NCBI GenBank assembly: GCA_048013815.1
Contig: CM106586.1
Location: forward strand, 15,190,001-15,254,000
DNA: 64,000 bases
Reading direction: 5' to 3'
DNA from: Setoptus koraiensis
Lineage: Eukaryota > Animalia > Arthropoda
Each line of letters opens with the position of its first letter. Positions within the stretch are counted from its first letter, which is position 1. The notes beneath the pieces were generated by a model that saw only the letters and a program-made list of their open reading frames with translations, made no database searches and was not told the origin of the DNA. Of the stretch, positions 60,507-64,000 are shown piece by piece. The position numbers were made by a program, and so were the translations under genes.

Positions 60507-62295
60507 GTAGTTGTGGCATTTTTGTTGTTTTTCATTAGATGATGAAAAGTTTTGAAAAAAGAGAGGACATTTCGGTTGGGTTCCGCCAGATGGCGGCCGG
60601 GTAGAGTTATTTTTTAGCTTAACGGAAGTGTCTATATTCTCATCTTGTTTCGGCCTATTAAAACTGGTGGCGTTAATTTTGCAGTTGTTACTACTACTGT
60701 TGTTGGCGTCGTTCTCTTTTTCAAGTTTATGATCTAATTCAGACGGTACCAACAATGATGGATGATATATGATGCCGTTGTTGTTGTTGCTGTTGTTGTT
60801 GTTGCAGCAATACTTTTCCTGTTCCGCTTCGATCGGTCCCATTGAAGTGGCTGCTCGTTGTAATCGTTCGGTATATGAATTGGCAGAATTTATAATGACG
60901 CCTTGGTGCTGCGGCCTGGCCAAGGGTGAGAACAAATTGAGCTTATTCTCATCTTCGGAGCAGCCATTCTGATATTGCTGTTGTTGCTGTTGTTCTAGAT
61001 GCTGCGGCTGCTGATGATCACGATTGTTGAAATTGGACATAATATTTTTCGTTCTGCCTTTGTGCCGAGAGTCCTTCATGTTATCGTTATTGTTCCCCGA
61101 TGGGTCACTTCCACTACCGGACCCCCTGGCATTGCTACTGGTGTTTTGGTTGTTTCTGTTGTTATTATTGTTGTTATTGTTGTTATTGTCGCCCTGGCCG
61201 CCAGGTCGGGGCAAATTGCCGTCGTTGGCGTCGGACGAGGGCAATGCGTTGTCCGAATCGGGCTCATCGCCGTATCCATCCATGATGGTCTGAATGATAA
61301 GCTTTATAGCTAGAATATAAATCTGTTCAATGGTTTCGTTGCAGCGCTCATCTAGAGTCTGTTTGACAGCTTTGAGGAACGGTTGCTCAATTTGCTGATA
61401 TCGAGCCATGTTGTTGAGCGATTGTGATATGGCATTGGCAGGGGCGAAATTAGAATTTTTCCGATCAGTACGAGCGCCAGTTGCAGAGAGCTGATGCGAA
61501 AAATCTGTCTATCTCTCGAAGCTCAGCTTCTATCAATGGATGTTATCAAGAAAAAGGGGACTAGAGGAGCTGAAACTCACCCAAAAGTAGCTCTTTTTAA
61601 AACCAGGCACCTTGCGGTGTAGTTTTCCGATGGAATGGAGATAAGTGACAAAATTATCATAATTGTTCAGCGAATTTATACTCTGATCTAACGTCGACAT
61701 GACGGTGGCCGCATGCTCCTGCAACTCCATTGACTCCTGCAATCTCTTCTGTCCCTTGAGATGCTGAAACCTCGTGAACAGGTTGAGTAGGTCTTCGTTT
61801 TGCTCAAACAGACTAACGGAACAATGTTACCATGTTGCCAAGTATGCGTAACAGTATGCAAATTGCAAATGAAAATAAAATTTTTAGATGAAAAAGCAAG
61901 ATTGTTAGATGCGCAAGTAATCTCAGTGATTTAAATAATTTCAGTTTCGAGTGGGCAGCAAGAAATCAATGGAAATGCATAAACGGACAACAACAAGTCA
62001 CTGGCAGTTGTTTTTCGGTAGAGTGCTAAACTCACTTGACAAACATTATAGTGCCAGTTCGGCTCATAGTCCTGGCGATGGCCTTCCACGACTTTGTTAT
62101 CTTGAATATTTGTCTAACGTTGAGTGGCATTCGTGGATCATCTTGAATCTTGCTAAAATCACCCACTTCGTCCATGCTGACCACTTGTTTTGCACCGCCG
62201 CCGGCACTTTGACTGTTCGAAGACGTCTGGTTGCTGTCTGTATCTTGGCCATTTTCGTTCTTTGCCAAGATACGTTTGCCGATGGCGCAACCCAT
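60222..62295 (-). CDS. Globin with N-terminal acylation motif (globin X / GbX-like) and a long low-complexity C-terminal tail (~554 aa)
   Basis: Exons 62295-62036, 61812-61581 and 61394-60222, with introns at the canonical B12.2 and G7.0 positions; starts MGCAIGK; CD1 Phe (LNLF), distal His (LQEHAATV) and proximal His (GKLHRKV). Confidence 0.9.
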
Positions 62296-64000
62296 TTTTT
62301 TGAGCATGATTTCGCTGTTTAAGTTGAGAAAACTTTCTCACGATGTTGAACGAACGAAGGGCGAAAATTTCTACGAGTGCGTTATGTTGATTCAATTTTG
62401 CTTTGCTTGGCTCACTTCGCTGCTGTTTTTTAAACATACAGTCTAAATTCGCTTGTGTTTCTCGGGTGCTGCGTTCGCCTTCTCTTTTTCAACTATTGCG
62501 TTCGGCGTCTCTTTTTCAACTATTGCGTTCGGCGTGTCTTTTTCGAAAATGTGGTTCGATTTTTTTTAAAGACGCAATCACGAAAAATAGCGCCGCTTCG
62601 ATCAAGCGTGTGTGCGTGAGTGCGAGCGCGAAAAGTTTTTCACTCTTCTGATTAATTTGTTAGCTATAAATAATTGATTCTTCACTGGTCAGCAGGCGTG
62701 CACGAGCGAGCTGGAGGGCCGAAAAAGTGTCGGCAGTGTGCCGATGCGATTTTCGAGAGCGAAGAATATCTTTTGTGTTGATGATTTTTTTTTTCTTTTG
62801 CTGGCTAGCTTTAAAGTTGTTCTGCTTGTTTGTTCGGATAATTTCAGAGGTGAATTGTATGCAATTGTGCAGCTTTGCTGGAGCAGTAATTGTGGGCATC
62901 TGTCAGGTGTGGCGTTCAGTTGTTCATTGTTGTAATTGGGCCAGAAAAATGGAAAACTGGTGGCTGTGTGCTTGGTCAGTTGGTGGTGAGTTATCGTCAC
63001 TAGTCACTGCGTTGTCATTTGGTGGCGATGGTGGCGGATAAGTGTCGTGCGCCAAATGATGTTTCAAGCGCCCTTTTGAATGGGGCCCAACGAGGCTGCT
63101 TTGAATGGCGTTTGCACTGACGTCGTTTTGAATGGCTGTGTTACTGACTGACTGAATACTCGCGTAAGTGAGCTGAATTTGTGCGCGCCAAGTGATGTAT
63201 TTCAACAGCCACGACGATACGTCTTCTCTCTATAGGGCTTCTCTATCGCGCAACACACTGACACTAGTGTTGGTCATTCTTTTGCATTCGGTGCTAAGCG
63301 AGTAAATCTGCAAAATAAACATGAACAAGCGCTCGTTGGCGCCAGTATCAGCTACAGCGCGCGCCAGCCAGAGAGATAAGAGATGAGTTTACGTAATGAT
63401 TGTCGTCTGCTAGCGGTTGTTGGCGGCAGTCGACGCGCGAATACATGCAACCAGGGGCAGCCAACTGAGCGAGTAAACGGGCTTGTGCTACTTCATTTTG
63501 CCAAAATACAGCCAGCCAGCCAGCGAGTTAGAGAGGGCGCGAGATAGAGCACATTAGTATGAGTGCCTACAGCGTTCTCGCGAGCTCGCTGCGCACCGAA
63601 GAGTGTTGCGCAACGAGGGATTGTGGCTCGCGCGGGGCCCGCGACGCCGTCGCCTGGCCCCCGTCGCCCAACGAGCCCCAACGAGCCCCAGCGAGCGAGC
63701 CAAAGAGGTACTTACAGATAGTGGCGCGCATGTTCCGTTGGGCGCGACTTATGTTTGTTGCGCCCTCTTGAACAGTTTGCCAGCCACACCAGCCCGGATT
63801 TGGCTGGGGCCCCGTGTGTGTGTGTGTGTGTGCGAGCGAGTGAGTGCGCCAGCATTAGCCCAGTTTGTAAATATAAGTATAAATATAAATATATATGTTG
63901 TTTGTGTTTGCCATTGTGTTTGTATTTATGTTTGCGTGTTGTCCCTGAAGAGACAGGCACCCGCCGACGCGGGCCCCACTAAATAGCACTCATCATAAAA

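Noticed and set aside
1-64000. rRNA, tRNA, snRNA or known miRNA genes
   Set aside because: None recognised by eye; a tRNAscan-SE or Rfam scan would be needed to exclude them.

Overview
Eukaryotic nuclear DNA from an arthropod. The compact layout, 85-225 bp introns, several intronless conserved genes and N/Q-rich low-complexity coding suggest an acariform mite such as an eriophyoid; this is inference, not proven. Two 500-N assembly gaps are present. 1-19 kb is a dense block of housekeeping genes: RTN4IP1, RNF34-like plus an inverted partial duplicate, EOGT, a strongly shortened TRAPPC11, cytochrome b5 and NMT overlapping tail-to-tail, NTAN1, a divergent Hippo/STK3-like kinase, an HPD-less J-like protein and KIF23. 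20-27 kb is an island of lineage-specific secreted or membrane genes: a 421-aa orphan, two head-to-head Gly/Ala/Ser-repeat genes both ending in GRR, a third CDS-less copy of their CRE-containing upstream region, and a Cys-rich N-anchored protein. 27.6-32.4 kb holds a large DUF4758-like gene, followed by about 13 kb of gene-poor, microsatellite-rich DNA. 47-64 kb holds a small TM protein, DONSON, KCMF1, a ~1265-aa secreted Pro/Thr/Lys/Asp-Tyr modular protein and an N-acylation-type globin with a ~350-aa tail. Three hAT-type MITEs have perfect 8-bp TSDs. I recognised no rRNA, tRNA or CRISPR. All splice models were derived by hand from GT-AG sites and reading-frame continuity; all family assignments are from recalled motifs, not database searches.
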